From Diplonema japonicum (taxonomy: Eukaryota > Protista > Euglenozoa: Diplonemea): a stretch of DNA of 64,000 nt. Positions within the stretch are counted from its first letter, which is position 1; each line of letters begins with the position of its first letter. The translations under genes and the position numbers were made by a program. The stretch is taken from positions 310,001 through 374,000 of the forward strand of contig OZ025665.1 of assembly GCA_964019335.1 (NCBI GenBank), given 5' to 3'. Shown piece by piece: positions 21,027 through 32,645 of the stretch. The notes below the pieces were generated by a model that saw only the letters and a program-made list of their open reading frames with translations, ran no database searches and was not told the DNA's origin.

Positions 21027-23312
21027 TCATTGCGTCGTGACGTCGCCTAGGAGCAGACGTTCGTCGCGAAGTGACGCAGGCCAAGATAGAGTGAGAACTG
21101 GTGAGGCGGAGGGAGCGTCCTGGAAATTTGACTGTAGAATGTTGAACAAAGCATGGAAGGTTGGGGTGGTTGACGATCGCAGGACGGAGGTGAAGGCGTT
21201 AAGTACGGAGGAAGGGCTGTGGTCTCGGCTGTCAACACTGACAACCACGACCTCTGCTGTGGTGGCAGCAGGGGTGCCGTGCGCATCAATAACATGAGGG
21301 ACACCTCCCCTGCCGCTTTGCACTTCATACGGCATCCGCAAGATATCAGCTCCCCCAGGGCAGTCCATCACACACGTGAGCCCCGACCCCCGTGGTAGTG
21401 CTTCACATAATATGGCACACAGCTCATCGCTGTGGATGGATCCTGCTTGGCTGTAGTCACATGGGATTATGCCCAGACCAGCACCTTGAAGCGATTCACA
21501 GGAATGCCCGCTGAAGTATAGGAACAGAGAGTCGGCGGGGCCTACATCTTTAGTCAGCCACCTCAACCCCTTCACGATGTTCTTCTTCGTTGGCAGGTTG
21601 CTCGCGTCATTCTCCGCCAGCACCACAGCCCGCCCTTTCACATGCCGCCCCAATGCGTTCTTCATCAACGTCGAGTGCTCTCTCCGATCCCTCAGCGACA
21701 CCACGCCTTTCCCACGATAGTCACACGATATAATAAGGGCTTTTGATGTCCCGCTGAACCCGCTTGCCTTCGTGGGCGCAGGTTGCTTCATTTCACGGAC
21801 ATGATGATGGCGCTGCCCAGTGAGGCCACAAAAGGGCATCTTGCGTTCATGCCCACATTGTTTGCAGATAGGTGACAAGTGGCTGTCCTTCTCGGGTCGC
21901 CTCCCTTCATCTCCACGTGCAGCACTGTGCTCACTGTCTATGCGTATATTGTTTCGCTTCAAGATGCTAACGCACCTGCTGTAGCCCTTCCCCGTCATGT
22001 TGTCGCGAAGCGTCCCAGGTAGGTCTGCTTGTCCGTAGATTACGTGATACACTTCCTGTGTGTTTTGCCATTTGCGTGGGGTCATGTCTTCCATCACCCC
22101 AAATATCACTCTTTCTGGACCCTCGCGCAGTGCATTGTATATGACGACGGCAGCCTCGTTTGCTGTGCACTCCTCGGTGGGTATGGTGCGCGACTGCACG
22201 ACTTCAGTATTTTCGCTTTTCAAGTAGACTTCTTCGTCGCCGACACGCACCTTCACCTTCTCGCCCCTCTTGTCGAGCACGTGACCGACCGTTCCGTTGA
22301 GGTCGTCCCGCGACCGCAGACCCATTACTCTGATGAGGCTTCCCCTTCTTGGCTCTTCGTAAGACTTATGAGGTGTATGAGGTGTATGAGGTGTGGGCTT
22401 TACGGCAGAACGCGGTATTGCAACACTGTATCTCCTTGAACTCTGCACAGGGCTCGGGCTGCGTGTGATGCTGTGGTTCGTGGTTCGCTGCATGCTTCTC
22501 ATCTTACTATTCCTGCTTCTCCCGAAGCCCTCTACTTCGCGCGAGGTGCGTTCAAACACAATGCCGTTGCACTTGAGGGTATGTTTCACCTCCTCGATCT
22601 CGTCGTAGGCAAGCACCATCTTCACGGTCCTTGTTAGCATGCCGTTGTTGAAATCCGGGTAGCACTCGGAAAAGGTGGATTGAATATCTACCCATTCCGA
22701 CTGTGTGTGGAGTTGTTGGATACACTGCATGAACTTCTGGTAGTTGTAGGGATAGGACAGAGCGGAGTGCATCACAGCTACAATGTCGTAGACATGGGGG
22801 TGCGTCCGTGTATGTCGGAGAGAAGCGGCAGGGGAACGTCCAGAGGCGCTGCGGCTGCTGTACGCCGGGTATGCTTGCATGCCCTGTGTTGAAAGAGGAA
22901 CGGGTCTGACGGGGGAGGCATCCAGTTCGGTGAACCTGTCCCAAGAGTCTGCCAGAGAGACTGATCGTATGGATTCTTCGTCATCACGTGGATCTCGCAG
23001 TTTTCTGGCCACGGGCACAGGCTTGTTGAGTTTTCTGTCCTGCCTGTCGTCGCTGTTAAAAACTGGCCCACTTGGTTCAGCAGTCGTGATCGGTGACATA
23101 GCAAACGGCGGTTTTGTGGGGGCGGGGATGGCCTTCGGTGCAGGTGTCGGCGTGTCGTACGCCCGTTGCTGGCTCATCGCTGCGTCATACCTTCCCAGCT
23201 CCTCCCTCAGCGCTGCCACCTTGGCAGACATACTCTCAGGCTGGCCCGGCGGAGGCGGGCTTTTTGGCATCACTACCGACCGGATCCTGTGCAGCCCTTC
23301 TCCCTCCCCCAT
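21027..23312 (-). CDS. Metacaspase (peptidase C14) with long N-terminal extension
   Basis: KALIISCDY, PTKKNI..GLRWL, DSLFLYFSGH, IIPCDY, VMDC; His-Cys dyad present. Confidence 0.85.
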   Translation of the reverse strand: MGEGEGLHRIRSVVMPKSPPPPGQPESMSAKVAALREELGRYDAAMSQQRAYDTPTPAPKAIPAPTKPPFAMSPITTAEPSGPVFNSDDRQDRKLNKPVPVARKLRDPRDDEESIRSVSLADSWDRFTELDASPVRPVPLSTQGMQAYPAYSSRSASGRSPAASLRHTRTHPHVYDIVAVMHSALSYPYNYQKFMQCIQQLHTQSEWVDIQSTFSECYPDFNNGMLTRTVKMVLAYDEIEEVKHTLKCNGIVFERTSREVEGFGRSRNSKMRSMQRTTNHSITRSPSPVQSSRRYSVAIPRSAVKPTPHTPHTPHKSYEEPRRGSLIRVMGLRSRDDLNGTVGHVLDKRGEKVKVRVGDEEVYLKSENTEVVQSRTIPTEECTANEAAVVIYNALREGPERVIFGVMEDMTPRKWQNTQEVYHVIYGQADLPGTLRDNMTGKGYSRCVSILKRNNIRIDSEHSAARGDEGRRPEKDSHLSPICKQCGHERKMPFCGLTGQRHHHVREMKQPAPTKASGFSGTSKALIISCDYRGKGVVSLRDRREHSTLMKNALGRHVKGRAVVLAENDASNLPTKKNIVKGLRWLTKDVGPADSLFLYFSGHSCESLQGAGLGIIPCDYSQAGSIHSDELCAILCEALPRGSGLTCVMDCPGGADILRMPYEVQSGRGGVPHVIDAHGTPAATTAEVVVVSVDSRDHSPSSVLNAFTSVLRSSTTPTFHALFNILQSNFQDAPSASPVLTLSWPASLRDERLLLGDVTTQ

Positions 23313-23367
23313 CCTGTGCTTTATTACAGAAATAAACATAAAAAAGAGAAAAGAATATTTAAATACA

Positions 23368-24849
23368 TCAAGATCTAGCACGCTCGAATCTGAGACGCAC
23401 GCTTAAAGAGCTCATTAGATTTTCCGTGAAGGTGAACTGGGCTAGCTCTGAGGGAACCGTGGGGTTTTCGTTGTGCAAATAAGCCTGAAAGACCCTCAGC
23501 AGGCAAAGGGAAGGGGTATCATACTGGATGCACCTCATCTTGGGAGGTGGGGGTAGGGAATGATTCGGAGCTACTGAGAATGGAAGATAGAACTGCGGGT
23601 GTGTATGGGGCGTTGGGTCGAAAAGAGGGAAGAGAAGAGACGAGAAGGTGGTCATTGCGTCTGGTGGGACGTAAACACTGAGAGCAGGCTTGGCGCTGCG
23701 GAACATGGAAATGTCGATAACTTCAAGGAAGCAGAGCTCGCAGAAGAACATCAGCAGCTCGTCGACGAACTCGGGTGGCACACTGCTGAAGATGAAGCTT
23801 GTCAGCTGCGTTGTGGGTACTGCGTGTTTTAAACCAGCTAGGATACGTGCCCCTTTTGAAAACCGTAGAACAACAGGCAACGAGAACACCCAGTTCAGCA
23901 CCTGTACCACACCACTCTTCCATTCCATGCTGCGCAACTTCCAGTGCAGAGCGCTTAATGTGCTGTTTGCATCGTCTAGCAAGGCAGCCAAGGGTTCATT
24001 ATTCTTGAGGCCGGAGTAGAAACCTCTCGGGATGAGCTGCAGCAGGTCATGTCCCGAGTCCTGCATTTGTTTTAAAGCTCGTAGGTCAGAATTGTCGATC
24101 GAGTTGCTGTTTTCCCCTAACCCTGACGCGGAGCAGACGAGCCTCCGGCATACTTCTTGTGTACTGGGCCTCCCGTGGGTTTCAAACATTTTCTCGATCA
24201 CCTTTATAGAGCAGTCTTCTCTGAGTAGTAGCGAGGCGTGCTGTGCGATCTCCTCGACAGGCACGGCCATGCGTAACCAAGTAGGCGCGGTGACTCTCGC
24301 CTGTGTCAGGGCACGGTACATCAGCAGCACGCTGTTGGAGTCGATTTCGGGGAAGCAGTACTGCACGAGGGATGCCAGCCATTTCATGTACCCTGCTTCT
24401 GCGGCTGCGAGGATGTCAACAAACTCATCAACCGAGTACAACATGGTGACTAGAAGCGATGTCAGGTCCAAGGAACCATCCCTGATGTACGTGTTTTGCA
24501 AGATTCCGGGTACAGCTTCCTTGGGCACCTGTCTTATTAGCAGCTGTAAGTCTTCGATGCTTGGCTTGTCGTCCACACAAGAAAGGATGTCTCCCACCTT
24601 CTTGATGACTGCTTCGCTGTCAGCTGGTTCACTGCGCTGTGTTGCCTCAGCATGCCACTTGTCAATCCATGCAGCTACTAGCTTCTCCCTTCGCTCTGCG
24701 CCGCTGTCATTCTTCTTCGACATATCTACATGTGCATCGGTCTCAAACACTGTCCGCACGAACTCTCGTGTCATGTCCTCCGTTCGTTCCCTCTCTCTTT
24801 CATCATCCAGATGTCCGAGGTCCTCAAGGAATTCCACACCCCGGTACAT
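23368..24849 (-). CDS. Hypothetical helical protein
   Basis: Long ORF from MYRGVEF after a pyrimidine tract/AG. Confidence 0.75.
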   Translation of the reverse strand: MYRGVEFLEDLGHLDDERERERTEDMTREFVRTVFETDAHVDMSKKNDSGAERREKLVAAWIDKWHAEATQRSEPADSEAVIKKVGDILSCVDDKPSIEDLQLLIRQVPKEAVPGILQNTYIRDGSLDLTSLLVTMLYSVDEFVDILAAAEAGYMKWLASLVQYCFPEIDSNSVLLMYRALTQARVTAPTWLRMAVPVEEIAQHASLLLREDCSIKVIEKMFETHGRPSTQEVCRRLVCSASGLGENSNSIDNSDLRALKQMQDSGHDLLQLIPRGFYSGLKNNEPLAALLDDANSTLSALHWKLRSMEWKSGVVQVLNWVFSLPVVLRFSKGARILAGLKHAVPTTQLTSFIFSSVPPEFVDELLMFFCELCFLEVIDISMFRSAKPALSVYVPPDAMTTFSSLLFPLFDPTPHTHPQFYLPFSVAPNHSLPPPPKMRCIQYDTPSLCLLRVFQAYLHNENPTVPSELAQFTFTENLMSSLSVRLRFERARS

Positions 24850-25096
24850 ATTCTGAAAGTGGTGGAAGGTAGGTGCTGTGCGTAAAATATCTCGGGGGGC
24901 CAATAAAAGAAAACAAGAAAAGCCTTGAACAAGAAAAGAAAAACCCGGGGGAAAAAAAAAAGAGGGGTATGTTGGTTGGGTGATGGGACAGGATTGCCCC
25001 CCGAAAAAAAGAAAAAGAAAGCCACCAACAAAAAACCAAAAAGAAAAAAAGTGGTGGGGAAAAAAAAAAAAAGACACTTTAACTAACGATAAATGC

Positions 25097-25364
25097 CTAG
25101 TGGGCGTTGAGGACCTGGAACCTGTGAAGGGGAGAGCGTGCGTGTTAATACAAGAGAACACACCTGAATCTGTTGGGGTCAACAGGGGTCTGAATGGCAC
25201 GCGATTTCTCAAAGGTACGGTACCTGTGTATATTTATATATTTCCTCCCCTTCCCACGCAACATACGCGAAAGCGTTGGCCACGGTGAAGGTGGTGGCAG
25301 CCCACAGCCAGCCCTTGCCAGTAGACGCGAACCTGGCACCAGGGAACAGACCGCTGAAGATCAT
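25097..25364 (-). CDS. Small 60-aa protein absent from the ORF track; introns 25224-25266 and 25122-25163
   Basis: Exons 98+60+25 nt = 183 nt give MIFSGLFPGARFASTGKGWLWAATTFTVANAFAYRTFEKSRAIQTPVDPNRFRFQVLNAH*. Confidence 0.75.
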
Positions 25365-25465
25365 TTTTTTTTTTTTTTTTTTTTTAGTTAATCACTGAGA
25401 AAAAAAAAAAAATACACCCTCCAGAAACAAAAAAAAATAAAAAAAAAAAAAAGAAAAAAAAATAA

Positions 25466-26209
25466 TCAAGAAGCAACCACAAAACCTGGAGCCGTGCCCA
25501 CCTCGCCCGGCTCAAAGTAATGAGTCCACACACGCTGGATGCGCTTCTTGACATCGCCCATGCGGGATTGTGTGTTCTTACTAGACACCACGGAAGTGGT
25601 ACCATGCAAGGGTGCGCAGGGCGGCTGTGGGATTAAATTAATTTTTTCGGTTTTAACTTTTGCAGCTGGCTGGTGTGGGTGCGCGTCTCGAATAGATAAC
25701 GGAGCCATGGGTGCTTTTCTGACCAACTTTCTGTTGTACCGCTGGACAATCTCCTGTTTCGCCTCCCTGCGGGCCCATCTTGTAAGCGCGTCATGCGGCC
25801 TTCGTCGAGACACGGCCACCTCGCGTACCTTCCTAGGACCCTCATCGTAGTGCCATATTCTGTGAAGAGGCTTTAAGCATGTTAACGAGCCTTCCTTGAC
25901 GGCACTTGTCTTCTCCATATCGAAGATGTTCAGCGACCCCAATGCGTCTCTGATTTGTTTTTTCGGTATCACCTCGCTGCAGATTTCCTCTTCTCTGAAC
26001 AGGTTGAAATGCTGCTTCATTGCAGCATGCTTCCGCACTTCCCTCACCTCTTGTTTTTCATTGTCCCCCTGCATCATGCTCCCCGCTGCTGTGTTCGCAT
26101 CGACTGCAAGAAACGATTTGTCGCCATTGGGCAGGATGTGGATATCAACAAAAGCCGGGTGGCTCTTGTAGTAGTTATTCTCCTTGGTGAGCTGCTTGAA
26201 GTCTTTCAT
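25466..26209 (-). CDS. Hypothetical protein
   Basis: 247-aa ORF bounded by homopolymer-rich intergenic DNA. Confidence 0.7.
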   Translation of the reverse strand: MKDFKQLTKENNYYKSHPAFVDIHILPNGDKSFLAVDANTAAGSMMQGDNEKQEVREVRKHAAMKQHFNLFREEEICSEVIPKKQIRDALGSLNIFDMEKTSAVKEGSLTCLKPLHRIWHYDEGPRKVREVAVSRRRPHDALTRWARREAKQEIVQRYNRKLVRKAPMAPLSIRDAHPHQPAAKVKTEKINLIPQPPCAPLHGTTSVVSSKNTQSRMGDVKKRIQRVWTHYFEPGEVGTAPGFVVAS

Positions 26210-26322
26210 CCCATCTTTTTCTTTTTATAATCCCTTTTTTTTTCGTTGATGTTCTCATGTAGATGAAAAATAGAAATATGAAGGGGGGAAAAAAAGGGGG
26301 GGGGGGGCTCTAATTCTCTAGT

Positions 26323-28188
26323 TTACTCCTCGACAGGCATCCCTTCTTCCTCTTCTTCCTCGTCATCCTCATCGTCTTCCAAGTCTATCAGTGTTATGTA
26401 ACTGCAGTCCTCGCCTCCTCTGACTGCGATACATGCGAGACCTCGAGTGCTGCTGCTCAGCATGGCTTTGTTGGTGCTTTCGAAGGGCATCTGCAGTGTG
26501 AGTATCCCACTGGGTTCCATGTGCAGCTCAACCGGTGCCATGGGCGAGAAGTGTGCCGTGAGGTCACCTTCTGACATTATTGTGTACATTCTGAGAGTGA
26601 GACAGCCGGCTTCGGGTTGTGTCAAGACGAGCAACCTTAGCTCATCTTCTTCTTTGTTTGAGCAGAATGATGTGCTGAGGCACCCCTCCACAGGGAGGTA
26701 CCCCTTCATCGCAGCCCACCGACGGCTGCTCCCCGGTCCCGTGTCCGCAACAACAGTGAGCACAACCTTGTCCTCCTCCACACTGCTGTAGTACCTGCTG
26801 CACGACCGGCAGAGAAGGATCTCGGCATCGCATGTCGTGTCTGTCACCACGTCTGTTGTGTTTTGCAAAGCCTCATGAGATGCTCTCTCTGCCAGCGCCT
26901 CGCCCCCTTCGTCCATGCAGGCATCGATGACAGCCACTGCCGCCATCATGTCTTCGATGTCAGAGGTAGTACGCCGCCACTGTGCAGGTGCAAAGAGCAA
27001 ATCAAGTACCTTCTGCGTGTTGTAAACGGGCGAGTCTTCCACCTGCTGCGCTGCCTTCGGTTTGTTGCAGCACTTGTAGATCTCGAGGAGCCACGAAAGA
27101 ACATCGGTGGCATTGTCTTTGGAGAGTACGACATTGCACGCTACAGCATTTACTTGCGCATGGAGGTCGGCCACCTGCTGCGCCAGCCCACCGTACGCGT
27201 CGTATGGCAGGAGGTTGGTAGTCACCGCAGCCAAGCAGCACATGTGGTCCAGCATCGAGGACACATTGGCGGCAAGCATCTTGCTGACATCAGTGAGGTT
27301 CGTACCCAGCACATCGACGGTCTTCTGCATCCTGCTCGGTTCGCATTTTGCATTGATCCAGTCGTGGTCGTCCTCCGTGGTGGGGCCCTTGATGAAGATC
27401 TCCGTCAGGTCAGGGCTGTTGCCGATCACAGACATCAGCTCCTTCTCTGCCTCCGCAGCTTTGTTTTTGATGTGAACAAGGACACTCCGCAGCACGCGCA
27501 GGGACTCTTTTAGCTGTGCGTGGTGTACGGCGATTCTGCTGAGCTCCTTGAAGCTAAAGACAGGTTTGACGTTGATCCCCCGCATAACACCCTCAGAAGT
27601 GTACAAGACGGACCTTAGGAGATGAAAGGAAGAGATGGAGTCCGCAGACGGAAAGGGCATACTGAGCACCTTCATGACACCAAAAGGGGAAACGTGTGCC
27701 ACGTGATCGTCAGTAAGGGCAAGAACGAAGTGGTAGTGCTGCTGCGACAAGGACGTCATGGCTTCCTCGATGACCTGCCCACTGAGGCAGTTTGCTGTTT
27801 CAGGGGTCTGTTCTTGCAGTGGCAGCAGCAGCGGGTGAAAGTTGGCTTCCAAAAACTGCATTGGACGCTCACCTTTCGTCTCATTCTTCAGACCCGACAC
27901 CCACTTAATGTCCTTGATCCCGCACGACAGGGTCTGGGAGATCATGGCTCCGTCCTCCACGTTGATTAACACCATTCCCTGTGCCGTCCCTACACACAAG
28001 ATTCGCCCGTTCGGGCTCCAGCACATGCACCGCACATCACTCTTCAGCGTTGCCTGCGATATCTTGCTGATTGGCATCCTGTAGAAGGTGACGTCACACC
28101 CGCCTGCCACCGCCACTACATCAATGCTGCAGCACACTGATACAATCGACACTTGTGCCTCCTGCAACTTGTTCTTAAGCTCCTTCAT
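26323..28188 (-). CDS. ANAPC4: Anaphase-promoting complex subunit 4-like (WD40 + helical)
   Basis: MCWSPNGRILCVG...INVEDG and SPFGVMKV match APC4 N-terminal WD40 signatures; acidic tail. Confidence 0.7.
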   Translation of the reverse strand: MKELKNKLQEAQVSIVSVCCSIDVVAVAGGCDVTFYRMPISKISQATLKSDVRCMCWSPNGRILCVGTAQGMVLINVEDGAMISQTLSCGIKDIKWVSGLKNETKGERPMQFLEANFHPLLLPLQEQTPETANCLSGQVIEEAMTSLSQQHYHFVLALTDDHVAHVSPFGVMKVLSMPFPSADSISSFHLLRSVLYTSEGVMRGINVKPVFSFKELSRIAVHHAQLKESLRVLRSVLVHIKNKAAEAEKELMSVIGNSPDLTEIFIKGPTTEDDHDWINAKCEPSRMQKTVDVLGTNLTDVSKMLAANVSSMLDHMCCLAAVTTNLLPYDAYGGLAQQVADLHAQVNAVACNVVLSKDNATDVLSWLLEIYKCCNKPKAAQQVEDSPVYNTQKVLDLLFAPAQWRRTTSDIEDMMAAVAVIDACMDEGGEALAERASHEALQNTTDVVTDTTCDAEILLCRSCSRYYSSVEEDKVVLTVVADTGPGSSRRWAAMKGYLPVEGCLSTSFCSNKEEDELRLLVLTQPEAGCLTLRMYTIMSEGDLTAHFSPMAPVELHMEPSGILTLQMPFESTNKAMLSSSTRGLACIAVRGGEDCSYITLIDLEDDEDDEEEEEEGMPVEE

Positions 28189-28286
28189 TTTCTTTTTTTT
28201 CAATACACTTTTCTCGTGCAAACTCCCTTCTGTTAGATTTCTTTTTCAAATCATTACGATCTAATAAAGGTGGCACAGCAGGATAC

Positions 28287-29174
28287 TTACACAGTGCCCA
28301 GTTGGGCCTCAAGCTTTTCTATCCTTCCAAGGATGTCTGTGGTGGGCTTCAACTCCTTTTTGACTGTTGCTGTGAAAGTTTTCAGCACGTCCTTGAACTC
28401 CTGAGCCTTCAGCCCCTTGAGGTCATCTGTGTGTGTATCGTGTATGGTGGTGAGGGCAGCTTCGTGCATCAAAATGATGAGGCAACGGGAGGAGAGCTCA
28501 GACCACAGGAGGTCTTCAGAGGCGCAGAGGGATTCGAGAGAAGCTTGGCTGGCGGTTGCAAAAGAGGCGAGCAGTGATGCATGATGGTCTTCATTCGGCA
28601 CTGCGAGCCTGAGAGGCAGAGGGACAGGGGGGGCATGGAGGATTCTCTGTTCTTTTACATGATTTATCGTTTGTAAATTTCGCACTGCGGTACGCAGTAA
28701 CCTAGCTCTCCGGAAGAGGCATCTCGTGCAGTGCTGTATTATTACCTTAACATCATACTCACTCATGCCTTTTCTACAGAGCACCTGTGACCATTTCTTC
28801 ATTTCGCCTCCACCTGCTGTCACTGCTTCCTCTTTGCTCCCTTCAGCGTTTATCACAGCCCATGTCACCTTGTGAAGTGCTTGTATCACCAAACACGACA
28901 TTTCATCTGCGTAAGCGTTGCTGCGCACAAACTGCAGATGCTCTTCAAACAAACAAACGAGCCCATCGTTGCGGTGCTGCACGCCAACCTCTTCTTCCAA
29001 ACGTAGCACTTTCTCAAGCACCCCCCGCAGAGCCCTCCCTCGCAGCATCAAAAGACCCTTTGTAAACTCCATGTCTTCTAACTTACATTCATTGCTGTTC
29101 AACCGTTCCAGGTTCAGCATTGCTACCTGTAGTGGAAGTGAGGCTTCGGAGTGGGGGGTGTCTTGGCTTAACAC
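28287..29174 (-). CDS. Hypothetical protein (start uncertain)
   Basis: 295-aa ORF on the cluster strand. Confidence 0.65.
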   Translation of the reverse strand: MLSQDTPHSEASLPLQVAMLNLERLNSNECKLEDMEFTKGLLMLRGRALRGVLEKVLRLEEEVGVQHRNDGLVCLFEEHLQFVRSNAYADEMSCLVIQALHKVTWAVINAEGSKEEAVTAGGGEMKKWSQVLCRKGMSEYDVKVIIQHCTRCLFRRARLLRTAVRNLQTINHVKEQRILHAPPVPLPLRLAVPNEDHHASLLASFATASQASLESLCASEDLLWSELSSRCLIILMHEAALTTIHDTHTDDLKGLKAQEFKDVLKTFTATVKKELKPTTDILGRIEKLEAQLGTV

Positions 29175-29208
29175 TAACAGATCTTACTTTCTTTTGGTAA
29201 CCGATAAC

Positions 29209-30672
29209 TTAGAAAATCTCAGTGTTTGTGTTCTTGCCGCTGGCCGCCCATTTCCCGTCCGATGAAACAGAGATTGTGTGCACGGTGTCGCTGACACTGT
29301 TCCGCGAGGAGAGGAGCTGTCCCCCGAGCGAATAGGTCAGCACGCAGTTGTCGTCGACACCAACGAGGATGCTAGCGCCGAGGAATTTCAGAGACTTGAC
29401 TCGCCAGTCGCTGCATGGGAGGAGGATGGTCTTCCGCACCTTGTTCGTAGTGAGGCAGACGATGCTGACGTAAGGAACGTCGCCGCCCACGGCGAGCCAT
29501 AGGTTGTCGCTGTCAACGTCGATGCAATTCACAGCTGAGGTGGAAGGTGCAAAGGTTTAGATGGCATACCACAAGCGACGATGGTGTCGGACTTCGCAAC
29601 TCCCGACGATGACCTCTTCACACCAGCACGCGCTGTCTCCATCTGCAGGACGCACGGTGCAAGCTGCATGGTCTCCTCATCCTGTTGTCATTTCTTCACA
29701 TCGCTATCATACCTTCAAACCCGTGAACACCACAGTGCAGTCCTGCGACGCGGTGATCATCCTTGTGTCGTCAAACACAATGCCCACTACATTCGAGCGG
29801 TGCAATGCCCATGGCCCGCTGCTCAGCACCAAAGCAGGTCCCTCGTTCTCTCCAATAACATATTTCCACACCTGTCCTGAGGAGTCACCCACAACAAGCT
29901 CGTCCATAGACTCGCACCAAGCTAATGTCACGGCCACGACATCCTTGCAAGGGAGTACCACCGACAACGCTGGCTGCACGGTGAGCACCTCCTTGACCAG
30001 GAGCTCTTCCCTTCCTTTCTTCGCTGCGTCCATGGCTTGGGTTAGGTCCGCTGTGTCGTAACCCATGATGGTGTCGTTCCTTGCTACGAACACCCAGCGC
30101 CCCACGCTGAGGATGTCGCCCACCGCCATGCCGCCGTTCAGAAGCAGGAAGGTGTCAGAGAGCTCGTTGTTCACTTTGTACACATGCACAGCACCGTCTG
30201 TGTCCCCAGTGAACAGGAGGGGCTCTGTTTTGTGGAAACAAGAGCTCACCGCTATGGGGAAAATGCTGCAGACCTCGATGTCAAGTTTCTCCTCTGTCGT
30301 TGTGGTGGGTGTGTCGGGCTGCTTGGGGGTCTGCGGGGTGGAGCTCTGCTGCTGACTGGGTGTGTTGCTGCTATTGATACTGTTGCTGTTGCTGTTGCTG
30401 CTGCTGTTGTTGTTATTCGGGGTTATCCGGGGAGCGTTGTGCCCTCTTGAGTGATACCCCCCACTGTTGTTGTGCCTTCCGTAGTTCCCTTGGTACGACG
30501 ACCCGGGGTGGTTCTGGTAGTTGCTGGGTCCTCGCATCCCGCCATGTGGGTGTGACCGCATTTGTTGTGCCATGTGAGGATTCAGCATCTGTGGCTGGCC
30601 CATGGGGCTCATCCCCATAGGCATTCTTCCTTGCATCCCGAACCTGCCCCCGCCATGTCTGTTCCCACTCAT
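29209..30672 (-). CDS. WD40-repeat protein (THOC6-like) with low-complexity N-terminus; introns 29682-29712 and 29535-29569
   Basis: LFTGDTDGAVHVY, TASQDCTV, DNLWLAVGG; introns restore one frame. Confidence 0.7.
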
Positions 30673-30958
30673 CTTCCTGCAGTGCCGATTGAGAAGAACG
30701 CTTTTGCTTGCGAAATATAATAACTTAACTTGTGCTCCTCCTTTCTTCTTTTTTTCTTTTTTTATTAAAAACCGTCACTTTTCTTTTTTTATCGGTGCGA
30801 CATTAAGAAGAAAGGGGGGGGGGAAGAAAAAAAGAAACAGCTAGAGAAAGTATCGGTGGGCCACAAGGCGTTATCCCCTGCACCCCCCTGTTTCTTCTTC
30901 TTTTTCTTTCTCTCCCCGCTATTTCCTGAAAAACCTACTCATTTCCCGTTCCCCCTCT

Positions 30959-30991
<33 letters not shown>

Positions 30992-30992
<1 letters not shown>

Positions 30993-32645
30993 CAGTACCA
31001 CGAACTCGCCCATTTTTTAGCGGCTTGCCACAGAATGTAGGGTAACTCTTCAAGAAAGTCAGCATCGGTGTTGGAAAAAGAAATCAACAGGAACGATTGC
31101 ATGTAGTGTATACACTGTATTTTTTTTTTTTTTTTTTTACCCCTTCGAAATCCTAGAATAAAACACATACGTAGAAAACAACGGCCTGGGGCCAAGGGCG
31201 GGAGGTCAGAACTTTGCTCTTGCACAGGGGGCAGACATCCTCCTTGAGCAGCCACTGCTGAATGCAGCTCGAGCAGAAGAAGTGCTTGCAGGACAGCTGC
31301 CTTATTGCAGTATCGGGTGTGAACTCTACCAAACATATGCAACACTGCCCAGCACCCTTTGCGATATCCCCTGCTATCATTAACTTGCTGTTCACGTGTA
31401 TCCAGTCGAGGACCCGCTCAGTACGGCGCTCGTATCTCATAAGACACTGTGTTGTATTGTTGTTATTTACCCCACCCCCGCTTCCTCCGAGACATACGAT
31501 TAGCAGCTCCTTAGCCTGCTCTGCAGACGGTTTCTGGTCTCCTTGGCCTATCACCACGCTGGCAGTTGAGTCACCATTCGCCGCCTTTGTCAGCTCCGTT
31601 TTAATTTGTTGCAGTTCACCGGCGGTCTTCCCGTCAAACGCTGTTCGTGTTATCTGCTCCAACCTCATCAACTCCGGTGGGATCGACACGTGGTCATTCT
31701 GTGTATATCCATTTCCCCCCCCCTTCTCCCGGGTTTGCATACCCGTGCCACTGCTGGGAACCACTTCCCCAAGATGCTTGGCAACGCCGCGATTCTAAAT
31801 ATCAGCCAAAAATTCGACCCGAAAAACAGCATCGAATGGGCCGTGTTGTAAACGGTTCCATTGTTGAACCCCCCGCCCATGCCATGCCGCTTCAAGTATC
31901 TCCCCAGTACGCACCCAAGGGACAGCGACACGTTGGGGACAACAAGGTCGCCTACCAGGCGAAGCAAGGCTCCGAAAGAAGCCCAAGCAGCCCCGTGTGG
32001 GTGAAGGGTCGCACTTCTCAGCATATTAATCTTATTGAGTATGCGCCACTCCGTGAGAATCTGTAGTGTGGTTTGTGTTACCTTGAAGGGCATACTGCAG
32101 CAGCGGGCATTTCAGACCTCTTGGTGTGGATAAGCTCAGGGGAAAGATCCTCACCAGGTGAGGCCAGTAATCTAAGCAAGAGGTCAGGGAGGAGCTGGAT
32201 GGCACCGACCGTGGTAAGGGAACGGTACCTGGAAAAAAAAGAATTAGGGTTTTCTTTTGTCGTCATACATTTCTATTTCGCTGAGCCGCCTGCTTGCAAA
32301 GCAGAACCGCACTGCATCGTGGCCGTAAAAGAGGATGGTGAACAGGACACCCCCCAGCCATATGAGGGAATCCACAAGGACGTATCTGTTGCGGTGAAGA
32401 GAAAAGCCAAAGAGGACACACCTTGCAAAACTCCACGTAATGTCTCCTGTGTAAAACTGCGTTAAATACGATTTGAAGGCAACTGTTGCCCACAGCTGCG
32501 ACTGCAGCATCCCAGGGTAGTACCTGTCCGCGATCTGCAAGACATTCCGCACCATCACAAAATAGATGGCCCTGCTCGCTGTGTGCCATACGACGGTCTG
32601 CAAGATAGGGAACCTCCCACGTCCCCTGTCCAGTGTGGGCAGCAT
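30992..32645 (-). CDS. Membrane RING-H2 E3 ligase; introns 32229-32268, 32061-32095, 31699-31742, 31115-31170
   Basis: CCICLVEF...LSCKHFFCSSCIQQWL...CPLCK; hydrophobic N-terminal exons splice in frame. Confidence 0.75.

Noticed and set aside
25081-25090. AACTAACGAT resembling the start of a spliced-leader exon
   Set aside because: No following CAGTTTCTGTA..TTG|GT core; it lies in a 3' UTR on the non-coding strand.
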